The notes beneath the pieces are model-generated. The model saw only the letters and a program-made list of their open reading frames with translations. It searched no databases and had not been told where the DNA came from. A DNA stretch of 64,000 nt from Bispira polyomma (Eukaryota): the NCBI GenBank assembly GCA_965649765.1, contig OZ287756.1:36208001-36272000 (forward strand), in the 5' to 3' direction. This document shows positions 61,400-64,000 of the stretch, piece by piece; the stretch's first letter is position 1, and every line of letters begins with the position of its first letter. A program made the position numbers and the translations under genes.

Positions 61400-62990
61400 A
61401 AAGAATAGTCCGATAGAAGAAAAAGTTTTGTTATCAGAGTTCAGTCATGATCAACAAATGAATGTTAAGGCCGAAAAGTGAGTTGATACAGATGTGTTTG
61501 ATCTTTTTCCTGAAGCATATAATCCTTGTTTCAGTGTGAAAACTAGTAGGGAAACTATTTCACTCAGCAGGTGCTGCAACTATGAATTATTTTGAACCAG
61601 CAAGTTTTTAGGGTAAGAAGTCAGAGGTAGAGAGACGTTTTCCTCTAATAGAATTACTGAGAGACAGTATAGATGATAAGTAAGTTGCTGCACATGGGCA
61701 GAAATGAGGATATTTACCGTGAATTTAATACGGAACTCAATAGGCAGCCAGTGCAATTTTCAAGCAGGGGTGTTGTATGTGAGCCAGCAAGACACACGAT
61801 TTTGCATAGGTTGTTTTGAATTTTTTACAGCTTGGTTATTTGCCGCTGTCCAATTCCATACAGTAGTAAGTTGCAGTCATCAAGTGGACTTGACACCAGA
61901 GCATTTACAACTGCAACAGCATTTTCCAGAGTTAGATGCCAACAAATCCTACGAGAGTCATGAATGTTGCAGTAGCAGGATCAACAGATGTTTGAAACAT
62001 ATTGATTGATGGAGAAACAGACAAGTGACTCTCAGAGTTTTGACACTATCGGCAGAGAGAGTGCTGTTGGTGGAAATAACTTTAGAACACCTTTTAGAAA
62101 TTTTGTTTAGTCAGGATTCAATTTTAATTTAGAATAATTTATCCAAGATTCGATTGATGTGAGGCAGCTATTTAGCTGTTCCAGGACATGGAAATAATTT
62201 GTGAAAGCTAGAGAGCAGTACATTTGTGTATAATCTGCATAAAAGTGATGGCTGATATTGTGGTGCAAGGATATTACCTAGTGGAGTTGTGTACAGTCAA
62301 AAAGAAGGGGCCAAGGACAGAACTCTGTAGGATACGGAACAGGAGATGACTTTGCTCTGTTGACCCTGATGATTCGATCACAGCATTCTTGATAAGATTC
62401 AATCCCTTGAAGAACTGAGGCTGATAGACCAAACCAAAAAAATAAGACATTCAGAGAGCATCTTGTGATCAATTGTGTCGCATGTGGCAAACAAGACGGT
62501 GGTAGTTAGGACAACTACATCATTTATATCCAAGACCATGGTGATGTCATTGTTAATTTTTAGTAGTGCTGTCTCAGGTAAATGAATTTTTTTTGAAGGC
62601 TGATCGGTGTGTGTTTCCTATATGGTTGGTAGGGAAGTGCAACAGCTTTCTCGTCCGTAATTTTTAAGGTTATTTCTGTCTAAGTTTGGCTTTTTGAGTA
62701 GAACAATAACATTAAGAGTTCGGAAAGACTTTAGGGCAGCCCTCCTGAAGTGAGTAGTGTATTATGTTTGTGGTTAGAGTTACTAGAATATTTGCACAAT
62801 CCTTTAGTAAGGAAGCGGGTATTTGGTATTCTGAACTTAATTAAGGTAGTTGGGTTGTGTGGTGGAGTTTGGATATTGAGAGAGGTGGGTGGTTTAAAAG
62901 CCATACAAATTTTATTAATCTTTCTAGAAATCTTTTTTTCAAAACATATTAGCTGCTTCAGTAAGGCTGTTACAGCCTGCTATAACAGGA
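61400..62990 (-). pseudogene. Heavily decayed L2 (CR1-group) LINE reverse transcriptase and 3' region
   Basis: Colinear minus-strand remnants: ETALLKINNDI (~62545-62578), DTIDH (~62465-62480), SVLGPLLF (~62300-62325), HFYAD (~62232-62250), LDDCNLLLYGI (~61850-61885), KLHWLPIEFRIKF (~61720-61760). Confidence 0.8.
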
Positions 62991-64000
62991 TCTGTAACTT
63001 TATGGAGGATCTTATTAACAGAGTACCATAATTACCTGGAGTCGGCCCTGTTTCTGGAGATAAAAAAGTCACAATGATTTTTTTAAAAGTTTGACAGGAC
63101 CCTATTATAGTGGTTGACAACAACTGTTTTCTATGAAAATTTAAATCTGTATAAAGTATTTGGAACCAAAGATTATAAATACTTCATACCACAACGTCCT
63201 AATGCTGAATGCTACCACTCTCAATCTGTGCTAGAAGAAGCTTACCTGGCATCTGTATGGCCAAAAAAACTACAAGTATGACTCTTGTGATTCTTTCACA
63301 GAATAATTTTATATTAAGGAAAGACATTTTTTTCAATTTATGTGTGTCTGGACTGAATAAGTAAATTACCATATTCTAGTAAAGCAAATATTTTTGGAAG
63401 TAGTTCTTTTTTGAAAAGTGTAATGTCAACAGATATAATCATGTAGAATACACATGTATAGCACATAATAAAAGATATTGAGCACATTGTTTGTGTATGT
63501 TTACTGAACTTTATGGCCCACTGTCTTGTTCTATTCCAGTTTAAATTATTCAGCTGGAATAGACAAAAAACATTGGTCTCAAAAGCTATTGACCAGTTAC
63601 TTATAATCAAGGAGTAGTATGGACATAGGAGAGAATATGTTTAGATATAGGTGACTTCAAACTGGAAATCTTCTAAAATTTATACGACAAAACAGTCTGA
63701 ATAAAGCGTTTGTTTTTTGTAGATAATGGACTTGGCAGCTCCAACCTTCAAGGGATTATGCAAGTTCAGGACATTTCTGACTCATTTTAATGAATGTTGT
63801 ATTAATGTGTTTGTTTCAAAGTCAGGTGATGTTAATCGTATTGTTAAATGGTGTACCTGGTCCGACAATTAACGTCCATCAAGTATTTTTGTTACCATTC
63901 TATGCCCATAGTACATATTCAAGACATACAGGTCATGGTGGCAAATCTTTCATTTTTAGAAACTAGTTGACTAGAATAATTAGATGACTGACTTAAACTT

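Overview
AT-rich eukaryotic (animal) DNA, mostly intronic/intergenic. The SINE, Helentron and MITE repertoire suggests a marine lophotrochozoan such as a mollusc (inference). No host protein-coding exon could be identified. The main feature is an ~11.8-kb full-length L1/Tx1-type non-LTR retrotransposon on the minus strand (36882-48647), bounded by a 15-bp target-site duplication and an A-rich tail. Its intact ORF1 (46474-47679) fuses a classical L1 ORF1p module (coiled coil-RRM-CTD) to a complete C-terminal NADAR (YbiA/DUF1768-family) N-glycosidase/ADP-ribosyl-hydrolase domain. I do not know of this cargo in ORF1p; it could be a retroelement counter-defence against nucleic-acid ADP-ribosylation (hypothesis). 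The element also has a repeat-built 5' UTR and a 5.3-kb inter-ORF spacer holding an 80-bp satellite with higher-order structure. Its EN-RT-CCHC ORF2 is decayed and interrupted near the C-terminus by a Penelope GIY-YIG fragment. The rest of the window is SINEs, MITEs (hAT-, Harbinger-, pogo/Tigger- and piggyBac-like), an internally deleted MULE, Helentron-type elements, a decayed L2 LINE, a 50-bp minisatellite and one candidate CCAAT/TALE promoter. Family assignments rest on motif recognition by eye, with no database searches. Coordinates of old, decayed repeats are approximate.
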